Source: Bacteroidales bacterium
GTDB lineage: Bacteria > Bacteroidota > Bacteroidia > Bacteroidales > UBA932
DNA: 64,000 nt
NCBI GenBank assembly: GCA_041667245.1
Contig: JBAYFJ010000001.1
Coordinates: 4,489-68,488, forward strand
Direction of reading: 5' to 3'
Part shown: piece after piece, positions 27,489 to 37,295 of the stretch
How positions within the stretch are numbered: position 1 is the stretch's first letter
How the letters are laid out: every line of letters starts with the position of its first letter
Notes under the pieces: generated by a model
What the model was told of the DNA's origin: nothing
Databases searched by the model: none
Seen by the model: only the letters and a program-made list of their open reading frames with translations
Translations under genes and position numbers: made by a program

Positions 27489-30218
27489 ATGAGCAGATTC
27501 TTGACAAAAATATATTTTCCGGCTCTGATAGTAGGCGTAGCAGCCGTTCAGAGTCTTGTTCCCGGTGCCATTCAGCAGAGAAGCAAGCCGTCGGTTGAAT
27601 TAAGCGTGAGCGACACTTCGGTGAAAATCAAAGATGAGACCGTCAGGAATTTCGATCTCAGAATCACCAACGACACGGCCTATCTTAACGCATTGGGAAG
27701 AGAGAAGCACATTTCTGCGAGGGACACAATGAAAGCTCCTGATTCTCTGAAACTTACCAATCCGTTCTTCTACAAGTACTATGTGGCGATCAAGGATTCT
27801 CTGACACATAGCCAGACTCGGGACTCACTTCTCAAATCAGGTGACACTCTTTCTTGCGTCAAGCTGGATTCGCTCTATGTCATAGATTCAACGGAGACGG
27901 CCAAGAATTCTTTCGCGGCGTGGTATGCCTCATTGACAAAAAAAGAGCGCAAAAAGTATCAATTCGAGCAGGAACTGCCTATCAAGCAGCACAGAATGGA
28001 CAGTCTGCTTGCATTGAAGGATAGTCTCAAAGCCATCAAAGACAGCATTGTACAGGCTACTCCGAGAATACTGCAGACTTTTGCTTTCCCTGACTCTCTG
28101 GAGTACAAGAGGATTGTCTCGTGGAAGCACGACAGGAATTTCCACAAACTGGACTTCATCGACATAGACACTTCGTACAATTTCCACTACAACGATTATC
28201 CTTTCATTCAGAAGGATGTCAACGCGGCTTTTCTGGGTGTGTCCGGATCTCCTGCGCTGTCTTTCGATTATCACCAAAGGGATGACGGGGACGATGTCTC
28301 TTTCTATTCCGGCTCGGCTTCATGGTCCTACTCCCCTTCCACTCTTCCTATGTACAACAGCAAGACTCCCTACACGGAGCTTGCCTACCACGGCACATTG
28401 TTCGCCAACAAGGACAAGGAAGAGGACAACATCCACATCTTCACGACTCAGAACATTCTGCCGGAGTTGAACATCACCCTCGGCTACAACAGATTCGGAG
28501 GCGGCGGCATGCTTGACAACGAGACGACCAGAAACAAGACTTTTTTCGCAGCCGCCAACTACACGGGCAAGAGGTACCTCGCACACGTAGGTTACATCTA
28601 CAATATGGTGGACCACGATGAGAACGGGGGGATCACCGACAATTCTCTGATACGAGACACTACTATTGACGCGAGAGAGATTAACGTTGTGCTGACGGAT
28701 GCCAACAATCTGATTAAGAAGAACACCGTTTTCCTCGATCAGGAATACAGGATTCCTTTCACGTTCATCGACAAACTCAAGGAAAGGAAGATTCTAAAGG
28801 CTGAGCAGGCCTACAGGGACAGTGTCACGGCTACCGGTGATTCGCTGGCGATAATAAAGATGAATGAATATCTCGCAGGGAAGGTCGCAGCGAGGGAAAG
28901 CTCCGACACGACTTATGACGAGAGTAAGGAAAAGGTGACGACCGCTTTCATCGGACACAGTTCAGAGTACTCTGTCTACAGGAAACTCTACACTGACAAA
29001 ATTGCTCTCGGGGACACCACGGCAAGACATTTCTTCAACGACAACTTCTTCTATAACCCGACTCAAAGTGCTGATTCTATGCGTGTTATGAGGTTCGAGA
29101 ACCGGGCGTTCATCAAATTGCAACCCTGGGCGAACGACGCAATACTGTCCAAACTCAATGTCGGCATAGGAAACCGCATACAGACTTTCTACAGACAGGA
29201 CAAGTCTTTCCTCTACAACACAAGCAATGTAACTTGGAACTCGACTTACCTCTATGCCGGAGCCGAAGGCAATGTCAAGCAATATTTCGACTGGGACGTG
29301 CTTGGAAGCTACACTTTGCTTGGAACGGAGAGCAGCGACTTTTTCCTGAAAGGCAATATGGGTTTCAACTTTTACCCTTTCCTCAGACATCACACCAGCC
29401 CTGTGTCTCTCAACCTCAGTCTGGAGACTTCTTTGAAAGAGCCTGGTTACTACGAGCAGCACCTGTTCTCCAACCATTACAGATGGGACAACAGTTTCGA
29501 CAAGACCTCAAAGACTCAGTTGAAGGCGACTCTTGACATTCCTCTTTGGAAGATGCGGCTTGAAGGCGGTTACACCCTTCTGAAGAACAACATTTACTAC
29601 GACAGCACCGGAACAGTGCGGCAGAACGCCTCCGCAATGAGCATTCTGTCGCTATCGCTCACCAAGAATATCACGCTGGCTAACGTGCTCCATCTCGACA
29701 ACAGACTGCTGTTCCAGCTCACTTCAGACGACAAGGTTGTCCCGCTTCCGATGGCTGCGCTGAATCTTAGATACTATGTTCAGCTACCTGTAGTTAAGGA
29801 TGTTATGTATTTCCAACTCGGTGCGAATGTGCTTTATAACACAGAGTGGTACTCCCCGGGTTACAATCCTGTCACGAGCACTTTCGTCAATCAGCGAGAG
29901 GAAAAGTACGGAAACTGCCCATATATAGACGTCTTCGTGAATATGCAGTGGAAACGCGCCTGCATTTTCGTAAAGCTTGAGAACGTGGGTCTTGGATGGC
30001 CGATGGACAAAGCAGACTACTTCAGCGCTAATCACTACATACGGCCTCAAAGAGCATTGAAACTGGGTATGTTCTGGCCTTTCTACACACAGCCTTACAA
30101 ACACAAGTCTCTCGGTGGAGGAAGCAGTTCCTCAGGCGGGGGCAGCGCAAGCGGAGGCAGCGGGGGCTCAAACTCTATAGGTGGGATAAACTCGCGTATG
30201 AATACGGGACGAAACTAA
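27489..30218 (+). CDS. Bacteroidetes putative porin (Porin_10-like outer-membrane beta-barrel) with extended N-terminus and Gly/Ser tail
   Basis: Signal peptide; YN.KTP.T.L.Y, TQN, ENGGI, LKLG..W.FY; alternating beta-strand pattern. Promoter TTTG(27450)-20 nt-TAAATTTG(27474-27481). Confidence 0.78.
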   Translation: MSRFLTKIYFPALIVGVAAVQSLVPGAIQQRSKPSVELSVSDTSVKIKDETVRNFDLRITNDTAYLNALGREKHISARDTMKAPDSLKLTNPFFYKYYVAIKDSLTHSQTRDSLLKSGDTLSCVKLDSLYVIDSTETAKNSFAAWYASLTKKERKKYQFEQELPIKQHRMDSLLALKDSLKAIKDSIVQATPRILQTFAFPDSLEYKRIVSWKHDRNFHKLDFIDIDTSYNFHYNDYPFIQKDVNAAFLGVSGSPALSFDYHQRDDGDDVSFYSGSASWSYSPSTLPMYNSKTPYTELAYHGTLFANKDKEEDNIHIFTTQNILPELNITLGYNRFGGGGMLDNETTRNKTFFAAANYTGKRYLAHVGYIYNMVDHDENGGITDNSLIRDTTIDAREINVVLTDANNLIKKNTVFLDQEYRIPFTFIDKLKERKILKAEQAYRDSVTATGDSLAIIKMNEYLAGKVAARESSDTTYDESKEKVTTAFIGHSSEYSVYRKLYTDKIALGDTTARHFFNDNFFYNPTQSADSMRVMRFENRAFIKLQPWANDAILSKLNVGIGNRIQTFYRQDKSFLYNTSNVTWNSTYLYAGAEGNVKQYFDWDVLGSYTLLGTESSDFFLKGNMGFNFYPFLRHHTSPVSLNLSLETSLKEPGYYEQHLFSNHYRWDNSFDKTSKTQLKATLDIPLWKMRLEGGYTLLKNNIYYDSTGTVRQNASAMSILSLSLTKNITLANVLHLDNRLLFQLTSDDKVVPLPMAALNLRYYVQLPVVKDVMYFQLGANVLYNTEWYSPGYNPVTSTFVNQREEKYGNCPYIDVFVNMQWKRACIFVKLENVGLGWPMDKADYFSANHYIRPQRALKLGMFWPFYTQPYKHKSLGGGSSSSGGGSASGGSGGSNSIGGINSRMNTGRN

Positions 30219-30225
30219 TTTCAAT

Positions 30226-31341
30226 ATGCCTGCTTCAAGAAAAATTAAAAAAGGATTCCGTTTCCTTATTCCTACAGTAATAGTGCTGCTGATTATTCCC
30301 GTGTGCGGAAGGACAATTTTCTTGAGACACAAAGATTCATTTCAAAAACTATCCGGAGACAGTCTATCCTGCGTCATCGCTGTGAATGACGACAGAGGAT
30401 CTTCCGGCCTTAAGGCAGGCTACAGTTTCGAGATGCTGAAAGCATTTTCAAAAGATTGCCGCTGCAAGGTAACCATCGATAAGGCTGCCCCGAGCGTTGA
30501 CTATTTCGACTCTCTGAAAGCGGGTGTTCTGGATATACTCGTGACGGCTTTCCCTGACTCTCTTGAGATAGATTCCATATCCTTTTCAGCTCCAGTGGGA
30601 GAGGAGATTATCTGGGCCGTTAAACGAATTAAAAGGCAGGTAAGGCTTAAGGAAATCAATTCTTGGATATCCCATTACACAAATTCGGCGCGGTACGGCG
30701 AGACCAAAAGAAGATTTTTCACTTCTTACAATCCTTACAAGATGGCCTCATCAGGAAGGGTCTACAGTAATCTCAGCCCTTATGACGAAATCATAAAAAA
30801 GCAGGCAGGAAAGCTCAAATGGGACTGGAAACTGCTTACCGCCGTTATCTATCAGGAATCGGGATTCTGCATAGACACTCGTTCAAGAAGGGGTGCGCTG
30901 GGTCTTATGCAGGTAATGCCTAAGACCGCAAGCAGATTTGAAGCTGACAATCTGCTTGATCCTGAGGACAACATATCAACGGGCGTGAGCTACATAGCCA
31001 GGCTTCAGAGAATGTTCACTTCGCGCGCCCGGAACAAAGCCGAATTGGAGAAATTGACTCTGGCCGCCTACAATGCCGGAGAAGGCAGGATTCTGGATTG
31101 CATCAATTACGCTTCCACTCTTGAGAAGGACAATGACACTTGGGACGCTCTCGTTGACGTGATTCCTCAAATGAGAACGGATTCCATTCTTCAGGTGGAC
31201 ACTGTGAAACTCGGAGTGTTCAAAGGTGTGGAGACAATCAAATATGTCGATCAGGTTTTGGAACTATACCGATCTTTCAGCAAGGTCCGTCTTTCAGCTG
31301 ACTCGCACGGTGTCGGCAGGGTCGACTCTCGAAATAAATAA
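30226..31341 (+). CDS. MltF-like lytic transglycosylase (SBP-like + SLT domain)
   Basis: SPYD, DW.LL.A.IYQES.F, GA.GLMQVMP.TA, LAAYNAG.G, G.ET..YV. Confidence 0.88.
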   Translation: MPASRKIKKGFRFLIPTVIVLLIIPVCGRTIFLRHKDSFQKLSGDSLSCVIAVNDDRGSSGLKAGYSFEMLKAFSKDCRCKVTIDKAAPSVDYFDSLKAGVLDILVTAFPDSLEIDSISFSAPVGEEIIWAVKRIKRQVRLKEINSWISHYTNSARYGETKRRFFTSYNPYKMASSGRVYSNLSPYDEIIKKQAGKLKWDWKLLTAVIYQESGFCIDTRSRRGALGLMQVMPKTASRFEADNLLDPEDNISTGVSYIARLQRMFTSRARNKAELEKLTLAAYNAGEGRILDCINYASTLEKDNDTWDALVDVIPQMRTDSILQVDTVKLGVFKGVETIKYVDQVLELYRSFSKVRLSADSHGVGRVDSRNK

Positions 31342-32499
31342 TGACGGAATAAGCAGAATCAGCATTATCACCAGAAATGACAACGCATCGGCTCCGAGAA
31401 TCAGTCCCCAATTAATTCTGACAGGTACGAATGAGACTGAATAGTTCTCAGGATTGAGGCCAATCAGATGCGTCGCACTTTGGATTAGGCAGAAGAGCAG
31501 CGCAATAACGTTGCCGACTGCCATTCCTTTCAAGACCAGCACCGAGGAGACTTTCAGGAAGACTCTTACTATGTTTGAGTCGGTCATCCCGAGGGTTTTG
31601 AGCGTGCCTATTGTGGAGATGTTCCTGAACAGAAGAATCAGGAGGCCTGAAATCATATTGAACGCAGCCACAATGGTCATAAGGACCAGTATAAACAGCA
31701 CGTTGAAGTCTATGAGTTTCAGCCAGTCGAAAATCTGAGGATATCTTTTGAATGTCGGAACGGAGACTAACGACGGGTCTTCATCACCTGCGAAAAGTAA
31801 GGCAATGGAGCCTATGTCGCTTGAGATTTCCGCAGTCTTGGAGTTGCTCCGGTAAGATTCGTCAAGATTGATTTCCAAAGCGGATGCCTTGTCTTCTGTC
31901 CAGCCGTTAAGTCGCTGAAGATCAGCAAGATTGGTGTACACCATCTGATAATCCCCCACGCTGATGAGGTCCTCGCAGATGCTTTTGACCGTGAATTTGC
32001 GCACTTTAACTTTGCTGCCGATGAAATAGACCTGCAGATTGTCGCCTTCTTTTAGTCCGAGTTGGTCGGCGAGTTTCCGTGGAACGGAAGCCTGAAGTGT
32101 CAGCGAATCTTTTCCGTAGGCATCGAGATGTGCTTTTTTCAACAAATCAGGGTTGTCCGGAAGGCCTTTGAACAGCACACCGCTTATCGCTTCCCCACTT
32201 TTCAGAATTCCGGCTCTGTAGATGACAGGATTAATGCTTTTTACTCCTTTTATGGAATCTATCCTGCCGTAGAATGACGGCTTTGCGTCAATCGGTTCTG
32301 AGTCTCCGGCGTAGTTCATGTTCTGAGGCAGAAGCTGGATGTCTCCGGAAACGAATGAGATTCCGTCACTGATTTCTCTCCTGAATCCGGAGGCAATGGA
32401 AACGGACACTATCATAATCAGGAAACTGATGGCTATGCAGACCATAGCCACCGTTCCTGAGAATTTCAATTTGCTCGCTATGAAACCGGATGCGTTCAT
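31294..32499 (-). CDS. LolC/E (FtsX/MacB-like) ABC permease
   Basis: N-terminal TM with S...GF..EI, periplasmic domain, FDWL..ID.N, VAAFNMI..L, IG.LK.LG. Confidence 0.85.
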   Translation of the reverse strand: MNASGFIASKLKFSGTVAMVCIAISFLIMIVSVSIASGFRREISDGISFVSGDIQLLPQNMNYAGDSEPIDAKPSFYGRIDSIKGVKSINPVIYRAGILKSGEAISGVLFKGLPDNPDLLKKAHLDAYGKDSLTLQASVPRKLADQLGLKEGDNLQVYFIGSKVKVRKFTVKSICEDLISVGDYQMVYTNLADLQRLNGWTEDKASALEINLDESYRSNSKTAEISSDIGSIALLFAGDEDPSLVSVPTFKRYPQIFDWLKLIDFNVLFILVLMTIVAAFNMISGLLILLFRNISTIGTLKTLGMTDSNIVRVFLKVSSVLVLKGMAVGNVIALLFCLIQSATHLIGLNPENYSVSFVPVRINWGLILGADALSFLVIMLILLIPSLFISRVDPADTVRVS

Positions 32500-32507
32500 T
32501 TTAAGTT

Positions 32508-34568
32508 CTACCAGATGTGCACTCTTTCACTCTCTGGGCGCCACATCGGGTCTCCTTCCTTGATGCCGAACGCATCGAAGAAAGTCCGGAAGTTCTTTAA
32601 TGACACATTCACCCTGTTCTCGGCAAGAGAATGGACGTCAAGTTTCGTAAGACGCGCTTTTTCCGCTTCGGTAATGTTCTGAGCCCAGATAATGCCATAA
32701 GAGATGTAGAATCTCTGTTCCGGGGTGAATCCGTCAATCGCAGCGGGACGATTGCCTTTGAAGGAATTTTCCATCGCCGTGTAGGCTATGCTAAGTCCGC
32801 CGTGATCACCTATGTTCTCACCCAGCGACAATTCGCCGTTGGCATATAGATCGTCTGAGATCTTGACCGCATTGAACTGATCCACAAGCACTTTGGTCTT
32901 TTCTCTGAATTTGGCATCATCCTCTGACGTCCACCAGTTGTTCATATTGCCGGTCTTGTCGAACAGTCTGCCCTGGTCGTCAAAACCGTGGGACATCTCG
33001 TGCCCTATGACGACTCCGATTCCGCCGTAATTCACTGCGGCGTCTGCGTCAGGATTGAAGAATGGTGGCTGAAGAATTGCCGCCGGGAAGCAGATTTCAT
33101 TCGTAGACGGATTGTAGTAGGCATTCACCGTCTGAGGTGTCATTCCCCACTCGCTCTTGTCGGTCGGTTTACCGAGTTTGCGCATATTGTCGTCCACATA
33201 CCATTTCCCCGCGTTTCTAATGTTCTCGTAGTAACTCTTTGAAGGGTCCACAACAAGTGTGGAGTAGTCTTTCCATTTGTCAGGATAGCCTACTTTGACG
33301 GTGATGTTGTCAAGTTTCTCGTGTGCTTTGAGTTTTGTCTCGGCGCTCATCCAGTCCAGCCGGTCTATGTGTTCTCCTAAAGCCATGCGAAGATTGCCTA
33401 TCAGGTCAAGCATCATCTTCTTTGAGGTTTCAGGGAAATATCTCGCAACGTACATCTTGCCTACGGCCTCTCCGAGGATTCCGTTAGGAACCGACATAGC
33501 TCTTTTCCAGCGTGGTTTTTGTTGCTGTACTCCTGACATCTGTTTGCTGAAGAAGTCAAATGACGCAGTGTAATACTCGTCGCTGAGTGAGCCTGACGCA
33601 TCAGAGATCAACTGTCCGAGAAGATAATCTTTCAACTGTTCCACGCTTGACGCTGCGAAAAGGCTGTCAAGCCCTTCGAAGAAGGAGGGTTCGCAGACCA
33701 TCAGTTTGTCTTGCGCCGGAATGCCCCTTTCAGCGAAATAGGTCTTGAATCCAATGTTTGGATACTTTTCTTCCAACTGTGAGGTGCTCATCGGATTGTA
33801 CATCTTCTGGATGTCTCTTTCCTGAACGCTTGTCCAAGAGGATTCCGCAAGGGCGTCTTCAACCGCGAGGACGCTTGCCGCCCTATTCTCAGGTGAGGAC
33901 AGTCCGCTGAGCGTAAAGATTTTGGAGATGAATTTCTCGTATCCTGCCTTCAGTTCCGCATTCTTGGGATCTATATAATAGTCTCTGTCTCCCATTCCCA
34001 GACCGCTTTGGCTGAGCCACAGAAGCTGACTGTCGCTGTCCATAAGGTCGGACTCCACAAATGCCGCAAAGAAAGGGCTGCCGCTCGCATAATTGTGGAT
34101 CCGGGCAACGCATTTGATTATGTCTTCTTTAGATTTGGCCGCATTAATCCGCTTGGTGTACAAGGCAAGCGGTTTCCCACCTTCCTCGTTCAACTTCACG
34201 GAGTCGAGGCCCATCTTGTACAAATCTGAGATCTTTCTGTCCACAGAACCTTTTTCGGTCTTCATCTTTGTCATTGACGAGAACAAGTCGTTGAGTCGCT
34301 TCTGATTGTTGTCGTTAAGGACATCGAAAGAGCCGAATCTGGCATATTCGGGCTTCAAAGGATTGTTTTTCTGCCACCCGCCAGTAGAATACTGATAGAA
34401 ATCCGTCCCCGGCGACACAGTCAAATCCATACTTTTCAAATCAATAGCCGGCACTTTTTCCTGCGTCTTCACTTCAGTCTGCGCCGGTTCTTTTGCCTGC
34501 GCATCCATTTCTGCCGCTCCGGACAGAGCCATAATTGGTAAAACCATTAGCAATAATTTATTCATCAC
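32508..34568 (-). CDS. pepO: M13-family zinc endopeptidase (PepO-like)
   Basis: PG.DFY.Y..GGW, VNAYY, FPAAILQ.PFF, HEMSHGFDD, GENIGD; signal peptide. Confidence 0.93.
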   Translation of the reverse strand: MMNKLLLMVLPIMALSGAAEMDAQAKEPAQTEVKTQEKVPAIDLKSMDLTVSPGTDFYQYSTGGWQKNNPLKPEYARFGSFDVLNDNNQKRLNDLFSSMTKMKTEKGSVDRKISDLYKMGLDSVKLNEEGGKPLALYTKRINAAKSKEDIIKCVARIHNYASGSPFFAAFVESDLMDSDSQLLWLSQSGLGMGDRDYYIDPKNAELKAGYEKFISKIFTLSGLSSPENRAASVLAVEDALAESSWTSVQERDIQKMYNPMSTSQLEEKYPNIGFKTYFAERGIPAQDKLMVCEPSFFEGLDSLFAASSVEQLKDYLLGQLISDASGSLSDEYYTASFDFFSKQMSGVQQQKPRWKRAMSVPNGILGEAVGKMYVARYFPETSKKMMLDLIGNLRMALGEHIDRLDWMSAETKLKAHEKLDNITVKVGYPDKWKDYSTLVVDPSKSYYENIRNAGKWYVDDNMRKLGKPTDKSEWGMTPQTVNAYYNPSTNEICFPAAILQPPFFNPDADAAVNYGGIGVVIGHEMSHGFDDQGRLFDKTGNMNNWWTSEDDAKFREKTKVLVDQFNAVKISDDLYANGELSLGENIGDHGGLSIAYTAMENSFKGNRPAAIDGFTPEQRFYISYGIIWAQNITEAEKARLTKLDVHSLAENRVNVSLKNFRTFFDAFGIKEGDPMWRPESERVHIW

Positions 34569-34773
34569 AATTAAACTTTAAAAATTCACTTCTATACTCG
34601 GGCAAAATTTTTGGCTAAAAACCACGACGACAAGGCCAATCAAACCTACCTCGACAAAGCCCGAAAAGAATTGTAAATTTAACAATTATTTACGATTATC
34701 CCACAAAATAGTCCCTCAAAAACTCACTTGACTTCACCGCATATCTCCTCCCCTTCACAGACATTTTTCGAAC

Positions 34774-34809
34774 ACCCGGGTGCAAAACGCTCCCTTTTTG
34801 CACCCCGGT
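34774..34809. repeat. GC-rich inverted repeat at the pseudogene breakpoint
   Basis: ACCCGGGTGCAAAA-CGCTCCCT-TTTTGCACCCCGGT; 14-bp arms with one mismatch. Confidence 0.7.
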
Positions 34810-35409
34810 CACTGACCTATACACATAGCTGCCACCCAAGCCGTGAATGGGACCGTACCTTGACAAGTGTCATCAAACTTGTTTTGGACCTTGTCCATGC
34901 TGATGTTCACGTCATATCTTAAAAATCGCAAGGCATGCTCCTCGATTTCCTTCTTCCCAATATTACCGTATTTCTTATGCAATTCTGTACAATCATATAT
35001 GGCCATAGCCACGGCTTGCGCTCCCTTTATGCCTTCAGGATGATTGTGCGCGCAAGCAGCCGAAATTTCGCCTCACTTAACAGACTATAGCCCCCATTAA
35101 AGGAAGCCCAAGCCACGGGGCTCACCCTCATTGCCGCTCCGTTCCCATAAGAATTGTATTGCACGGGAATATCGGACTGTACCCATAGATTGAAGCCGAA
35201 GCCACCTTTAGGTTGCGGATAGCTCAGACACCACCGGCGAATGCTCTCACCATCATCCCGATGCTTAAAATGGCGTCGGCAACCGCAATAGTGCAGATTG
35301 TGTCATCGGTGTAATCATCCTCAGCAGAGAATAATTCAAAATCATTGTCATTCGTCGGATTAAACTACCAACGACTTCCAATTATATCCCCGATTATTGC
35401 GCCTAACAT
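34809..35409 (-). pseudogene. ADP-ribosylglycohydrolase (DraG/ARH-like) pseudogene
   Basis: Hand translation: MLGAIIGDIIGSRW*FN...YTDDTICTIAVADA / ...YNSYGNGAAMRVSPVAW / ...HNHPEGIKGAQA...TCQGTVP. TAG at 35365-35367, frameshifts near 35266 and 35068, C-terminal GGD.DT region absent. Confidence 0.88.
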
Positions 35410-35631
35410 AATATGTTTGATTGATAATTATGAGAACTAAGGTCACAATTTCGCTGGCAAGAAGCAAATTCAGGAGCAAATTAACAGACAAGCGAGGAAA
35501 GTGAAAAGGAAGAAATTTATTTTTCGGGATATTGTTCGTACTTTTGCAAGAATGAAGACCGGAAAAAAGCCCGAAAACGGAAATATAGAGCCGGGGATAT
35601 AGGACCAAGAATTTTGAGCCGGGAACAGGAA

Positions 35632-36321
35632 ATGAGCGATAATATGAACCGAACGAAAATCAAAGATATAGCGATACGCTACAGCATTGCGACATTGGGA
35701 CTCGCACTCGTGGCAGTGGGAGTGGCGCTTTCCATTAAGTCTAATCTCGGCACGGCACCCGTGTCCTGTCCTCCCTACGTAGTGAACCTCATTGGAGGTC
35801 TCACCGTGGGAGAGTACACAATAGTGATGCACTTCATCTTCATACTACTCCAGCTCGCTCTGCTGAGAAAAGAATTCAAAGCGATAGACCTGATGCAGAT
35901 TGCTGCGGCATTCGTATTCGGCTTCCTGACCGACGCCGCGATATGGGCCTTCTCATGGGTTGAGTCCGCGACAATGGCAGGAAGGCTGATACTGACAGCC
36001 ATATCAGTGATAATCACTGCGTTAGGAGTTAGCCTTGAAGTAATCGGAAACGCTTGGATGCTTGCGGGAGAAATGACGGATGCGGCAATTGCGAAAGTGC
36101 TGCGAATTCAGTTCAGAAACGCAAAAATCGGCTTCGACATATTCCTTGTCATAGTCTCAGCCCTGATAGCCTACATCGCATTCCACAACCCGCTCGGCAG
36201 CCCCGGACACTACGTCATCGGAATAGGCACGCTGATCAGCGCATTCTTCACAGGCTACTGTATGAAATTCACGGACAAGATGGCCGCGAAAATGTTCGGG
36301 AGACTATTGGCCAAGCAATGA
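35632..36321 (+). CDS. YczE/YyaS/YitT-like membrane protein
   Basis: GVALSIKSNLG..PVS, FG...D, IG.GT.ISA..TG; six or more TM helices. Start 35632 or 35644. Confidence 0.8.
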   Translation: MSDNMNRTKIKDIAIRYSIATLGLALVAVGVALSIKSNLGTAPVSCPPYVVNLIGGLTVGEYTIVMHFIFILLQLALLRKEFKAIDLMQIAAAFVFGFLTDAAIWAFSWVESATMAGRLILTAISVIITALGVSLEVIGNAWMLAGEMTDAAIAKVLRIQFRNAKIGFDIFLVIVSALIAYIAFHNPLGSPGHYVIGIGTLISAFFTGYCMKFTDKMAAKMFGRLLAKQ

Positions 36322-37295
36322 AATCCTTCATACAATTCATAAAAGACTGGATGCTGCCGATTTCAATGGGAACAGGAATCTTGCTCTATCTGGTCTATCA
36401 CAACACACCAGCGCTCTATCCGGCCGGTCCCCTGCTGAACAAAATCTGCACCTCCCTCCAGCCTATAATGGTGTTCCTTATGCTATTCCTGCAATTCGTA
36501 AGAGTGGCCCCGACAGACGTCCACTTCAAGAAATGGCATCTGTGGCTGCTGCTTATTCAAGGCTCTGTCTTCACGATAACCGGCCTCCTGATGGCCCACA
36601 GGCCTGAGACAGACGGCACCGTGCTGGTGGAGACCGCAATGCTCTGCCTAATCTGCCCCACTGCCTTAGCAGCCGGAGTGATCACCGACAAACTCGGAGG
36701 CAGCCTCTCAGGAATAATGTCATATATGATTATGATCAATGTTCTGGTCTCATTCCTGATACCTTCGATAGTCCCTTTGCTCCACCCGATGGAAGGAAGG
36801 ACATTCTGGATTAGTTTTCTGCTCATCCTCAGACGAGTCTTCTCAATGCTGATTCTTCCCTGCGTCCTTGCATGGCTGATACGCTACCTGCTGCCGAAAC
36901 TGCATAAACGGCTAACAGGACTTATGTGGGCGGCATTCTATCTTTGGAGCTTTTCATTGATGATATCCCTGATTCTCACGACCAGATCATTGGTACTAAG
37001 CAAGATGTCAATGGTATATGCCTTAGCCATCGGCCTGATCTCACTAATCTGCTGCGTTGTGCAATTCCGGCTGGGACGGGTGATAGGCAAACGCTACAGC
37101 CACGCCGACTCAGTGACTGCCGGACAGGCGCTCGGACAGAAAAACACTGTGTTCATCATCTGGCTTGGCTACAATTTTATGACCCCGACCACGTCAATAG
37201 CCGGAGGCTTCTACTGCATCTGGCACAACTTCGTCAACTCGTATGAACTTTACAGACAGAGGATTCTGTCAGAGAAGTCTACTTCAAAGACTTAA
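36318..37295 (+). CDS. Bile acid:sodium symporter (BASS)-family transporter
   Basis: CPTA.AA.VIT.KLGG, GQALGQKNT, G.Y..WHN..NS. ATG 36318 overlaps the upstream stop (ATGA). Confidence 0.82.
   Translation: MKSFIQFIKDWMLPISMGTGILLYLVYHNTPALYPAGPLLNKICTSLQPIMVFLMLFLQFVRVAPTDVHFKKWHLWLLLIQGSVFTITGLLMAHRPETDGTVLVETAMLCLICPTALAAGVITDKLGGSLSGIMSYMIMINVLVSFLIPSIVPLLHPMEGRTFWISFLLILRRVFSMLILPCVLAWLIRYLLPKLHKRLTGLMWAAFYLWSFSLMISLILTTRSLVLSKMSMVYALAIGLISLICCVVQFRLGRVIGKRYSHADSVTAGQALGQKNTVFIIWLGYNFMTPTTSIAGGFYCIWHNFVNSYELYRQRILSEKSTSKT

Noticed and set aside
34569-35832. Short ORFs 34728-34922, 35360-35608 and 35470-35832 as genes
   Set aside because: They overlap the pseudogene, promoter sequence or the opposite-strand membrane gene; 34809-35012 is a fragment of the pseudogene.
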